A DNA stretch of 64,000 bases, from positions 1-64,000 of the forward strand of contig JBHIAV010000005.1 in assembly GCA_046758745.1 (NCBI GenBank), given 5' to 3'. A program made the translations under genes and the position numbers. The notes under the pieces were generated by a model, which was given only the letters and a program-made list of their open reading frames with translations, was not told where the DNA came from and ran no database searches. The stretch comes from Gemmatimonadota bacterium (GTDB lineage Bacteria > Gemmatimonadota > Gemmatimonadetes > Palauibacterales > Palauibacteraceae). Positions 35,099-44,074 of this stretch are shown piece after piece (the first letter of the stretch is position 1; every line of letters begins with the position of its first letter).

Positions 35099-37108
35099 CT
35101 ACTCGCCCATCGGCCCGGGAACGTCGGCCTCCTTCCTCATCAGCTCCTCGACGGCGCGCCTCGCCTCCTCGGGGGTGGCCGTCTTGAAGTCCACCGGACA
35201 GCGCTCCACCTGACGCTCGATGTCGCGGATCGGGCAGCGCGTTACCCCCGCCGCCTTCGCCTCATCGATGAACTTCCGCATCTCGGGACTCACCCCATCC
35301 AGTCCCGCCGCCTCCGCCCGCGCCTGCTTCGCCTTGAGCTCGTTGAACATCACGAGCATGGTGTCCATGTCGAACTCGTCGGCTTCGATCATCGCCTGCT
35401 TGTTGTCGTCCATCACCATCGTGGTGACACGCCACATGCCGTGGCGCCGGGCAAAGCGCTCCACCGTGTTGCGGGCGAGAGGGCGCGCGATGAGCGGGAC
35501 CTGGCGGAGACGGTCGTACGCCTCGTGCGTCCACACGACCGGGTCTTCCTCGGTCCGCTCGCGCACGGTGGCGTGTCCGGAATAGGGGCACTTCGTCTCC
35601 ACGGGTCGGGGCGACTCGAAGACGTCCGCGTCGTGCGTCTCCACGACGGTGCGCTTCATCGCCTCCTCCGCCTTCACCTCGGCCAGGGCGAGCTCCTCGG
35701 CATCACCGACACCCATGATGAGCTGCATGTGGGTGGGGAGTAGCCTGCGGATCGCTCGGTCCAGCCACTCGTTCGTGACGGTCGGCAGTTCGGGCGGCGT
35801 GTGCTCCACATTCTCGAGAACGAACTCCTCGACCGCCTTTCGGGCGATCCCGAGCGCAAAGGGAGGGACCCGAAGGATTCGCACCTCGGCCTCCGGCGCC
35901 CACTCCAGACCGGTCTCGCCGTCTTCCTCGATCCATGGGATCTCGTCGGGTCGCACGTCCGTCGTCCCGATGAGGAGCACGCTGCACGGCGCGAGGCGGA
36001 TCAGGTTCTCGGCCTGCGACCCCATCTCCGTGCCGTCGACGCGGTGCGCCCCGTGTCGGGCCAGCACCAGCAGAGTCGGCTCGACCTCCTCGGCCCACTG
36101 GAGCACCACCTGGAAGGGCTTCCCGATGAGGATCTGCGTCGCGAGCTTGACGTCCGGGTACTCCTTCGCCATCGCCTCGGCCCGCTTGAGGTTGGCCTGG
36201 CAGAGACGGAGCAGACCCTTGTCGATGATGTTGTTGTGCAGCTCCTCCTGCTCCTCGAACTTGAAGACCTTCGAGGCCTGCACGGAGAGGACGTCCTTGA
36301 TGTTGTTGAAGACGACGTGGTGGTACTCGACGTCGAAGGCGCTGCACACGAAGAGCTTGGCCCCGAACTCTCGCGCCATCTCCAGCGCCATCCGCATCGC
36401 CTTGTAGCAGTAAGACGATCCATCAATGCACACCATCCACCGTCCGCCCTGTAGCGGCCGGTCGTCACGCACGATGAGGACATCCTTGTGCACCGAACGG
36501 ACCACGCGGGAGACCACGCCGCCGAGCTGCGAGTAGGGCTGACGTCCGATGCCGTGCGCCCCTATGGCCAGGAGGTCGTAGCGTCGCCCGGAAGAGCCGG
36601 CGAGCTTCCGCTCCGAGTCTTCTTCCTCCGCCACGAGGCGACCGGTCTCGCTGATCTTCACGTCGCTGCGAACGACGTCGCCGCCGTCGTATCGGGCGGC
36701 GATGTTCGGATCGAACCCGATGAGGCTCGGGAGCTGGCCGCGGCCCTCGTTCGCCTCCCGGATGATCTCCTCGAAGTTGATCCCCTCGAGGAGCTGCCGG
36801 GTGAGCGGCGCACCCGCCTCCGAGCAGCGCTGGGCGACCCGGTCCAGAAAGCTGTCCGCGATGAGCTGGAGACCCTTCTCGATCAGCTTGTCGTGAATCT
36901 TCCGCTGTCGCTTGATCTCCTCGGAAGTCTGGAAGCGAGCGGGGAGCCCGCTCTCCAGCTGGCGGAAGCGAATGTCGTGGAGCCGCGCTGCGTACACGTG
37001 GTTCGCCGTGATGCGGCCGCCCGACCGCGAGCACAGCTCGATCGCGCGCTCGAGGGCCCAATCAGAGTGGACCGAGTTGTCCACGGGAACGAGCAGCTCA
37101 CGGTACAT
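35099..37108 (-). CDS. Tandem universal stress protein domains + two PCP_red-like domains
   Basis: ELLVPVDNS...IGAHG and MVCIDGS...LARHG...MGSQAE (USP x2); LEWAPEAEVRILRVPPF and VVWTHEAYDRLRQVPLIAR. Confidence 0.85.
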   Translation of the reverse strand: MYRELLVPVDNSVHSDWALERAIELCSRSGGRITANHVYAARLHDIRFRQLESGLPARFQTSEEIKRQRKIHDKLIEKGLQLIADSFLDRVAQRCSEAGAPLTRQLLEGINFEEIIREANEGRGQLPSLIGFDPNIAARYDGGDVVRSDVKISETGRLVAEEEDSERKLAGSSGRRYDLLAIGAHGIGRQPYSQLGGVVSRVVRSVHKDVLIVRDDRPLQGGRWMVCIDGSSYCYKAMRMALEMAREFGAKLFVCSAFDVEYHHVVFNNIKDVLSVQASKVFKFEEQEELHNNIIDKGLLRLCQANLKRAEAMAKEYPDVKLATQILIGKPFQVVLQWAEEVEPTLLVLARHGAHRVDGTEMGSQAENLIRLAPCSVLLIGTTDVRPDEIPWIEEDGETGLEWAPEAEVRILRVPPFALGIARKAVEEFVLENVEHTPPELPTVTNEWLDRAIRRLLPTHMQLIMGVGDAEELALAEVKAEEAMKRTVVETHDADVFESPRPVETKCPYSGHATVRERTEEDPVVWTHEAYDRLRQVPLIARPLARNTVERFARRHGMWRVTTMVMDDNKQAMIEADEFDMDTMLVMFNELKAKQARAEAAGLDGVSPEMRKFIDEAKAAGVTRCPIRDIERQVERCPVDFKTATPEEARRAVEELMRKEADVPGPMGE

Positions 37109-37423
37109 CGACACCTCGAATCCAGGGGTGCCGCCGCCCAAGTGGGAGCGCGGGAGGCGCCGGGCGTGCGGGAGGGGCGAGCCGCAGGGCCGGTGGTGAC
37201 GCGGCTCCGCCCGCGAAGCAGCGCGCGACGGTCTCGGAGCCGGATCTCCACCTCAGCCCCACGAGCCTCTCGACCCGTCGTTCCCGAGGCCCACTTCGAT
37301 TCCGGCGTAGGGCGCGCGCCGCGCGCGGCGGGCCCGCCTCTATCGGTGAGACGGGCCCCCGCCCGTCCCGAATTCGACTCGAAAGGAGCGCCTCTCCCCT
37401 GACCCGGGAGTGCGCTCGGCGTG

Positions 37424-37454
37424 AGTATATAGCCGCGGCGGCGACAGCTGTCAA
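37424..37454 (-). promoter_or_regulatory. Sigma70-like promoter of the USP-rSAM-bd-like-cox gene run
   Basis: TTGACA-N19-TATACT (or N17-TATATA); palindrome GACAGCTGTC overlaps the -35. Confidence 0.6.
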
Positions 37455-37549
37455 ACGCCGCCAAACAGGCGCTCTCGAGGCGCGGACGACCCCCCGATCC
37501 ACCGCTCTCCGCGCCCGAGGAACGCTCTCGCCGGCGGGTTCGGATGGGC

Positions 37550-38302
37550 TCACGCAGCCGCTCCGGCGAGCCGGCGGGCGAGGGTCGGCGCCGCCGCGAG
37601 AACAAGCCCCGCCCCCAGCAGGACGACGGCGATGGGCCCGATCCACGAGGCGAGGGGACCGACCCCGCCGGTACCCGTCAGCGCCCGGGTGACCGCAGGG
37701 GACCCCGCCGAGACAGCGAGCAGGCCGTCGTGGAGCGGGCCGAATGGGCTGAGGTGTTCCACCGTCTCGGCCCATGTTCCGGGCCCGGCCGCGCGGAACA
37801 CCCCGCTCAGGTGGAGCGCGAAGAGCGACGCCGCCGCGCACGCGAGGGCGCCCTCGGCGAGCGAGCGCACGAGCGCCGCGATGACACTTCCGAGGAGGTT
37901 TCCGAAGAGAAGCGCGAGCAGCAGCCCCGCCGCGGCGCCGAGGCCCGGCGCCCACGAGGCTCCGGAGACCGCGAGCAGGATGAGGAGGAGGGGCAGGAGC
38001 TGGAGCGCGTCCAGGGCCGCCGCCGCGATCGTACGCTCGGCGAGCCAGGCGCGCTCGCCATACCCGGTCAGCCTCACTTTCTCCACCCAGCCGGACGCCC
38101 CCTCTCGCACGAGCGGGATGCAGCTCCCAAAGGTGGCGAAGAAGACGATGAAGACGCTGAACACGGCCGCCCGGTGCGGTGCGGCCGCCGGACTCGCCGC
38201 CACCGGGAGCAGAAGCGCGACGGGGACGATCACGTTCCAGGCGAAGAGTCGGCGACGCGTGAGGGCGATCCGCCACTCCAGGGCCCACACGCGCCCGATC
38301 AC
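37550..38302 (-). CDS. ABC-2 type transporter permease
   Basis: About 6 TM helices; LVREGASGWVEKVRLT motif; adjacent to the ABC ATPase. Confidence 0.75.
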   Translation of the reverse strand: MIGRVWALEWRIALTRRRLFAWNVIVPVALLLPVAASPAAAPHRAAVFSVFIVFFATFGSCIPLVREGASGWVEKVRLTGYGERAWLAERTIAAAALDALQLLPLLLILLAVSGASWAPGLGAAAGLLLALLFGNLLGSVIAALVRSLAEGALACAAASLFALHLSGVFRAAGPGTWAETVEHLSPFGPLHDGLLAVSAGSPAVTRALTGTGGVGPLASWIGPIAVVLLGAGLVLAAAPTLARRLAGAAA

Positions 38303-38333
38303 GGGTGCTCCCTCCCCCGACCCTCTCTGTCCC

Positions 38334-39350
38334 TCACGGGCCGCCGCGAGCGGAGAGACCCGTCCCCCGCAGCGCCGTCTCGTCGGGGGCCGGGGCCGCC
38401 CCGTCGAGGGGAACCCCGGCCAGCTCCAGGAAGACGTCGGCAAGGTTCGGCTCGTGCACCCGAATGGAGCGGGGCTCGCACCCGGCCTCGAGCAGGCGTG
38501 CGCACAGCTCCGGGAGCGCGGCGCCCCCCGCGGGTGAAGCGAAGCGTGCTCCCTGCGGATACAGTGCCAGCGTCCGCACCTGCGGCTGCGGTTCGAAGCT
38601 CCTGCTCGGCATCTTTCCCGACACCTCGATCACGGTCTCCTTCGCCAGCCCGGCGATGAGGTCGCGGGGAGGGCCGTCCGCGATGAGCCTTCCGCCGTGC
38701 AGGAAAGCGACCCGGCTGCACGCCGTCTCCACGAACGCCGGATCGTTGGAGGCCACCAGGGCCGCCGCTCCTCTCGACGCCGCATCGGCCATGGCCGCTC
38801 GCAGCGCCGCCACGCCGAGGGGATCCAGCCCGAGCGTGGGCTCGTCGAGCAGGAGGAGGTCGGCTGATGCGGCCACCGCCTCTGCGAGGGCGAGACGGCG
38901 GCGCATCCCGTGCGAGTAGATCGATACCCTTTCCACAGCGCGGTCGGCGAGGCCGAAGTCGCGCAGCGCGCTATCCAGCGCACCGGCCGCTGCCTCGCCC
39001 CCGTGTCCCCTGAGGCCGAGCAGACGGAGAACGTTCTCGCGCCCCGGGAGGGATTCCTGAAACGGAGTGCGGTCGAAGACGACGGCAACCCGCCGGCGGA
39101 GGTGCGACGCCGAGTCGGAGGGCTCGTTCGGGAAGAGGCGTGCCGAGCCCTCGGCCGGAGGGAGCACCCCGGCTACGATGCGGAGAAGGGTCGTCTTCCC
39201 GGAGCCGTTCGGCCCCATCACTCCGAGGACTTCCCCGGCCGCCAGCTGGAGCGTCAGCCCCACCAGAACAGGCGGCCCGTCGGCGTAGCGGTGGCCCAGC
39301 CCGCACAGGGCCAGGACGGGTCCCACCGGGACGGACGGACCTGTCGTCAT
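38334..39350 (-). CDS. ABC transporter ATP-binding protein (exporter type)
   Basis: GPNGSGKTT, YSHGMRRR, LLLLDEPT; C-terminal EPNLADVFLEL. Confidence 0.9.
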   Translation of the reverse strand: MTTGPSVPVGPVLALCGLGHRYADGPPVLVGLTLQLAAGEVLGVMGPNGSGKTTLLRIVAGVLPPAEGSARLFPNEPSDSASHLRRRVAVVFDRTPFQESLPGRENVLRLLGLRGHGGEAAAGALDSALRDFGLADRAVERVSIYSHGMRRRLALAEAVAASADLLLLDEPTLGLDPLGVAALRAAMADAASRGAAALVASNDPAFVETACSRVAFLHGGRLIADGPPRDLIAGLAKETVIEVSGKMPSRSFEPQPQVRTLALYPQGARFASPAGGAALPELCARLLEAGCEPRSIRVHEPNLADVFLELAGVPLDGAAPAPDETALRGTGLSARGGP

Positions 39351-39604
39351 GGGACGAGCGTGTGACCGTCCTCGTCATACACGGTGATCGCGTCCACCGG
39401 ACAGGCGGCGCACGCCCGCAGGAGACGCTCTCGCCCCACCGCCTCCGGAGTCGTCAGCACCGCGATCTCTTCCGCGTCCAGCGCGAACGCCGCCGGCGCT
39501 TCGGCGATGCACTCCGCGAAGCCGACGCACAGGCCCCGGTCGATCGCCACGCGAAGCCTCCCGACCCGGCGGTCGCACCGCGCATCCGCGATGGCTTCCG
39601 GCAT
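39347..39604 (-). CDS. Single-cluster ferredoxin ([3Fe-4S]/[4Fe-4S] type)
   Basis: IDRGLCVGFAEC...ACAACPVDAI; alternative GTG start at 39706. Confidence 0.85.
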   Translation of the reverse strand: MPEAIADARCDRRVGRLRVAIDRGLCVGFAECIAEAPAAFALDAEEIAVLTTPEAVGRERLLRACAACPVDAITVYDEDGHTLVP

Positions 39605-39702
39605 CCGGCCCGCAGCGAGGACCGGCGACTGTCCCGGCGCGGCCTCCTCCCGCCGGGCAGCCGCCGACCCGGCACCGCGAGGGGGAGGGGGGACGGATGC
39701 CG

Positions 39703-40152
39703 TCACATCCCCTCGAGGCCGAGCTCCCGACGTGCCCGATCCATGATGGCGGGAGTGATCTCGGCGATGCCCCGCTCCCTCGCATAGTCGATGTAGATGC
39801 GCTTTACCATCCCGCGCACGAAGGAGGGGACGGCCCCCAGCCGTTCGATCGCCTCCACGCTCCAGCGCACCGTGGCGGCCGACGGCTCGGGCGGTGCGGT
39901 ATCCGCGAACGCCTTCTCCCGGCCCTCCGCCAGAGAGCCCCGCACCATCTCGAAGGGCTGTTCGGGCACCGCACGCCCCCCGATCCGGACCCCGAGGGAG
40001 GCCACGAGCTGCGTCTCCATGGGGTTGGTCAGCAGTCCGACCCGGTGGTCGCACGACGGGCAGCGGAAGGCGGCCGCCAGCGTGCCGTCCCCCGGGAGGT
40101 CCCGCTCCTCGAACACCATCTGCTCGTCGCACTCCACGCACAGGAACTTCAC
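39703..40152 (-). CDS. Zn-ribbon + PCP_red domain protein
   Basis: CVECD...CPSCD; VRWSVEAIERLGAVPSFVRGMVKRIYIDYARERGIAEIT. Confidence 0.85.
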   Translation of the reverse strand: MKFLCVECDEQMVFEERDLPGDGTLAAAFRCPSCDHRVGLLTNPMETQLVASLGVRIGGRAVPEQPFEMVRGSLAEGREKAFADTAPPEPSAATVRWSVEAIERLGAVPSFVRGMVKRIYIDYARERGIAEITPAIMDRARRELGLEGM

Positions 40153-41036
40153 GCCGCCTCCTCGCCCCCCAGGAGGGTCGCGGCGATCGTCGCCAGTGCC
40201 CTGCCCGCCGGACGATCGAGGGCGCCGAGCGGGTCTCCCTTCTCCGCCAGCGCGGCGCTCTCGGGATCAAGCGGGACGCGCCCGAGCAGCGGGATTCCGA
40301 ACAGCCCGGCCAGAGACTCACCGGCATCGCCTCGGAAAAGAGGCCGCACCGCTCCACACTCCGGGCAGGCGTACCCGGACATGTTCTCGATCACACCCAG
40401 GGCGGGCATGCCCCGCTCCCGGGCCTCGCGGAGGGAACGCTCCACGCTGGCGCGGGACGCGTCCGAGGGGATGGTGACGACCAATGTCCCCGAGAGGTCG
40501 GGAACGAGTTCCGCGAGGTCGATCATGCGCCCCGTACCGGGCGGAAGATCGATCAGAAGGAGATCCAGCTTCCCCCACTCCACGTCCCCCAGGAACTCGC
40601 GCAGTGCCCCCTGCTCCTGCGCTCCCCGCCACACGAAGCTCTCCGAGGCGGGCTCCTTCCAGGCGAGAGGTCGTCCCGCCTCCAGAAGCAGCTCCATCGA
40701 CATGACCCGCACTCCCGCCGGGCTCACCGCCGGCACCACCGCCGATTGCTCCACGCGGAGCTCTCCCGGCGACACCCCCGACAGGCGGGCGGCCGTCGGG
40801 CCGTGAAGGTCGGCGTCGAGCAACCCGACCCGGGCCCCTGCGCGAGCGGATTGGGCGGCCAGCAGGGCTGCCACGAAGCTCTTCCCGACCCCGCCCTTTC
40901 CGCTCATCACGGCCACACAGCGTTCCACCAGCTCGAGGCGCCGGCGCACTTTTTCGCGCTGCGCGGTCACCTGAGCGACGAGGTCGGACCGGTCCCGGCC
41001 GAGGAGCTCCGAGTAGGTGCGGAAACCGATCGTCAC
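40149..41036 (-). CDS. Mrp/NBP35 (ApbC-like) Fe-S carrier P-loop ATPase
   Basis: SGKGGVGKS, DADLHGP, IDLPPGT, ENMSGYACPECG; GTGA overlap start. Confidence 0.92.
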   Translation of the reverse strand: MTIGFRTYSELLGRDRSDLVAQVTAQREKVRRRLELVERCVAVMSGKGGVGKSFVAALLAAQSARAGARVGLLDADLHGPTAARLSGVSPGELRVEQSAVVPAVSPAGVRVMSMELLLEAGRPLAWKEPASESFVWRGAQEQGALREFLGDVEWGKLDLLLIDLPPGTGRMIDLAELVPDLSGTLVVTIPSDASRASVERSLREARERGMPALGVIENMSGYACPECGAVRPLFRGDAGESLAGLFGIPLLGRVPLDPESAALAEKGDPLGALDRPAGRALATIAATLLGGEEAA

Positions 41037-41530
41037 AGGTCCCAGCCGGCGCGGGCCAGCATCCACAGGTTGATGAGCACGACGACCACGGCCGTCACGT
41101 AGAGCGCCGCCGGGAGGCGGGCCTCCGCAACGGGCAGGAAGCCCCGCCGGACGAGGGCGGGGAGGCGGAGCGCGTGAAGGAGCCACACCGCCCGCGCGAA
41201 CCACGGATTCTGCCAGCGCCACAACCCCCAGAAGACGACGGCCACGATGGCCGCGCCGAGGAGGAGCCACACCCAGACCGCACCGCGCTCGGCCGGCAGG
41301 ACGCCGGCCCGAGCCGCGGCGATGACGGCCGCCTCGTACAGGAGTCCGACGTGCAGATAGACAAACGCCGCCTGCCGGAACTTGACGGCCCGCGCCGGCG
41401 CGTGAGGCAACCTTCGCGCCCGGCGAGCCGCCGGCTCGGCCGAACCGGGCCCGTCCGCCACCGCGCCTTCCGGACTCTCCGCCGCTCGGCTCCCCGCCAT
41501 ACTCTCTTCCGTCTGGGGTCTTTCGCTCAC
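41033..41530 (-). CDS. Hypothetical membrane protein (4 TM)
   Basis: Hydrophobic helices; translationally coupled to the Mrp gene. Confidence 0.7.
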   Translation of the reverse strand: MSERPQTEESMAGSRAAESPEGAVADGPGSAEPAARRARRLPHAPARAVKFRQAAFVYLHVGLLYEAAVIAAARAGVLPAERGAVWVWLLLGAAIVAVVFWGLWRWQNPWFARAVWLLHALRLPALVRRGFLPVAEARLPAALYVTAVVVVLINLWMLARAGWDL

Positions 41531-41712
41531 CTTACCGGTACAGCTTGCCGGGGCGCCCGCTGTTCCGCAACAGCGGCTGTCCCGCCGCGCCGCCGCGCGC
41601 TAGTTTTCTGGGTGTAGGGTGCCGCGAAGCGGCGCTTTCTCTGCCTGGGGTGCGGCGAGCCGGCACGTGGCAGTGCACACGCGTCCCGCGGCATGGAACA
41701 TGAGGAGGCGAC

Positions 41713-41916
41713 GTGTCCCTCATCGGCTTTCACAGGGTTCTGATCGGGAGCGCGATTCTCTTCTGCGCGCTCTTCGCAGTGTGGGAGGGGTGGCGATACC
41801 TGCAGGCGGGAGGCGCGGCCGAGCTCACCCTCGCCGTCGTGTTCGGAGTCCTCGCCTGCTCCCTCGCGTACTATCTGGCGAGGCTCAACCGCTTCCTCGG
41901 ACGCGAATCTTCTTGA
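41713..41916 (+). CDS. Small 2-TM membrane protein
   Basis: GAGGAGG RBS, GTG start, two hydrophobic helices. Confidence 0.7.
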   Translation: MSLIGFHRVLIGSAILFCALFAVWEGWRYLQAGGAAELTLAVVFGVLACSLAYYLARLNRFLGRESS

Positions 41917-41985
41917 GGGCGGCGCGTCCCCGGCGACCCGCCGCCCGCGCCGGGGCTGCCGACTGACCGAGGCTTCCGAGCCGGC

Positions 41986-42618
41986 GTGAGCGACGAGGTC
42001 GGCGCCGGCGGGAGTCCCGCCTGGCTCCTCGGCGCGGCGGCGCTCTTCCTCCTGCTCCTGGCGGCTCTCGTCGCGACCTCCCTGTGGCGCCGCGAACCTC
42101 CGGCCTTTCCCATCACCCACCGGACGCCTCAAGAGGCGGGAGACTCGCTCGGCCGAGGCCTCGTGACGCTCGACGCACGGGACCGGCGCGCCTGGGTGCG
42201 CTTCGACTTCTCCCGCTCCGCGGTCGTGGAGAGCGGGGAGCCGGCGGGCTGGGATGTGGCCGCTCGCCGCCATCGATTGATCGTCAACGGTGGCCAGGGC
42301 TTCGCCGGGCACGGAGGCGTGATCGAGGTCACCGGCACGCCGTACGAGGCGGTGGGCGAGGCACCCGACGAGGGGTACACGGGATCCAGGGTCACCGCGG
42401 GAGGCGACTCGGTCAACTCCGTCTTCGACGGCTGGTACCGCTACGGCTTCTTCTCTCACCTGCTCGAGCCGAAGCCGGCCACGTACATCGTGCGAACGGC
42501 AGACGGAAGATATGCGAAGCTGCGCATCCTCAGCTACTACTGTCCGGGAGCGGAGCCCGGCTGCCTCACCTTCGAGTACAGCTACCAGGGAGCGGGCGGA
42601 ACGAGGCTGGCGCCCTAG
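41986..42618 (+). CDS. HmuY-family heme-binding protein
   Basis: WVRFDF, WDVAARR...NGG, WYRY...H.LEPK...YIVRTADGRYAKLRILSYY. Confidence 0.8.
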   Translation: MSDEVGAGGSPAWLLGAAALFLLLLAALVATSLWRREPPAFPITHRTPQEAGDSLGRGLVTLDARDRRAWVRFDFSRSAVVESGEPAGWDVAARRHRLIVNGGQGFAGHGGVIEVTGTPYEAVGEAPDEGYTGSRVTAGGDSVNSVFDGWYRYGFFSHLLEPKPATYIVRTADGRYAKLRILSYYCPGAEPGCLTFEYSYQGAGGTRLAP

Positions 42619-43121
42619 TCGTCCGACAGCTCCCTGATGCGAGTCACCAGGCGCGAGGTCGAGCGTTCCGGCACAAGCGGGAGCACGTGCACCTCGCCAC
42701 CCGCCGCGAGCACGTCGGGGCCGCCCACGATCTCCTGTGGTCCGTAGTCGCTCCCTTTTACAAGCACGTCGGGGAGCAGCTTCCGGATCAGCTCGAGCGG
42801 CGTGTCCTCGTCGAACACGGTGACAGCGTCCACGCAGCGGAGCGCGGCGAGGATCACCGCCCGGTCCCCCGCCGTCTGGAACGGCCTGCCTCTTCCCTTG
42901 ACCCGGCGCGCCGAGGCATCCGAGTTCACTGCCACCACGAGTCGATCACCCAGGCGGCGAGCCTCCTCGAGACACCGGATGTGCCCGGCGTGCAGGAGGT
43001 CGAACACCCCGTTCGTGAAGACGAGCCGGTGGTCGCGAGGCCTTCCGTACGTCGCGCACAGCGCCGGCCGGGCGAGCACGCGCCCCATGCCCGGTACGCG
43101 GCGTTCCTCGCCGCCCCTCAC
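42615..43121 (-). CDS. rfaE2: D-glycero-beta-D-manno-heptose 1-phosphate adenylyltransferase (stand-alone HldE domain II)
   Basis: VFTNGVFDLLHAGH, NSDAS, FDEDTP, LVKGSDY; alternative ATG start at 43088. Confidence 0.92.
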   Translation of the reverse strand: MRGGEERRVPGMGRVLARPALCATYGRPRDHRLVFTNGVFDLLHAGHIRCLEEARRLGDRLVVAVNSDASARRVKGRGRPFQTAGDRAVILAALRCVDAVTVFDEDTPLELIRKLLPDVLVKGSDYGPQEIVGGPDVLAAGGEVHVLPLVPERSTSRLVTRIRELSDD

Positions 43122-44074
43122 CTCGGGTCCCTCGCACGGCGCCCGAGCAGCTCTCCCGCTCCTCGCTCGAGGAGTCGTTCGGCGAGCGCCCTCCCGATCG
43201 CCGCCGGCTCGAACGCCGAGCCGGAGAGCGCATCTCGGATGGCGACCCGCCCGTCGGGCGAGAAGACGGCGGCGGCGGCGCGCAGGCGCGGCCCCTCCAC
43301 CTCCGCGAATGCCCCAACCGGGATCTGGCACCCCCCTCCGAGCGCTGCCAGCAGGCTCCGCTCGCACTCGACCGCGGTCCTCGCTTCCCGGCTCTCGATC
43401 GCCGCCAGCAGGCGAGCCGACTCTTCGTCCGAGGCCCGTGCCTCCACGCCGAGGGCGCCCTGCCCCACGGCCGGGAGCCATTCCGGCGGTTCGAGCCGGG
43501 CGAGATGCCGGTGCGGGAGGCCAAGCCGCCGCAGTCCGGCCGCCGCCAGGATGATCGCGTCGTACTCCCCGTCCCGACACTTGCGAAGGCGGGTTTCGAC
43601 GTTCCCCCTGATGCTCCGAACCTCGCAGTCCGGCCGCCGGGCCAAGAGCTGCGCGACGCGCCTCAGGGAGGAGGTGCCGAGCACGCTACCTGCCGGAAGA
43701 TCCTCGAGTCCTCCCCTTCCCTCCCGGCGGATGAGCAGGTCGGCTGCGTCCGAGCGCTCTGGAACGCATGCCAGGCAGAGCCCCGCCGCCAGGTCGGTCG
43801 GGAGATCTTTGAGGGAGTGCACCGCGGCGTCGATCTCCCCCCGCAGGATCCGCCTCTCCAGCTCGGCGGTGAAGAGACCCTTGCCGCCGATCTCGGGAAG
43901 CGGTCGATCGATCGATCGATCCCCCTCGGTCTCCACGCCGACGATCTCCACGACGAGACCGGGCCAGGCCGTCCGCACCCGCTCGGCGACGACCTCGCTC
44001 TGGGCCATAGCGAGCCGCGACCGGCGCGAGCCGATGATGAACCGGGAACGGGAGAGCTCTGGCATGGCCGCCAT
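43118..44074 (-). CDS. hemC: Hydroxymethylbilane synthase (porphobilinogen deaminase)
   Basis: GSRRSRLAMAQ, GGKGLFT, AVHSLKD, GTSSLRR, IRGNVETR, LGGGCQIP. Confidence 0.96.
   Translation of the reverse strand: MAAMPELSRSRFIIGSRRSRLAMAQSEVVAERVRTAWPGLVVEIVGVETEGDRSIDRPLPEIGGKGLFTAELERRILRGEIDAAVHSLKDLPTDLAAGLCLACVPERSDAADLLIRREGRGGLEDLPAGSVLGTSSLRRVAQLLARRPDCEVRSIRGNVETRLRKCRDGEYDAIILAAAGLRRLGLPHRHLARLEPPEWLPAVGQGALGVEARASDEESARLLAAIESREARTAVECERSLLAALGGGCQIPVGAFAEVEGPRLRAAAAVFSPDGRVAIRDALSGSAFEPAAIGRALAERLLERGAGELLGRRARDPR

Noticed and set aside
33625-40152. PCP_red domains as evidence of (bacterio)chlorophyll synthesis
   Set aside because: Only the small C-terminal domain is present; no BchL/N/B catalytic subunits or other photosynthesis genes in the window
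43904-43921. (TCGA)n/(GATC)n self-complementary tandem run
   Set aside because: Lies inside hemC and encodes an ordinary GDRSIDRP segment; most likely incidental
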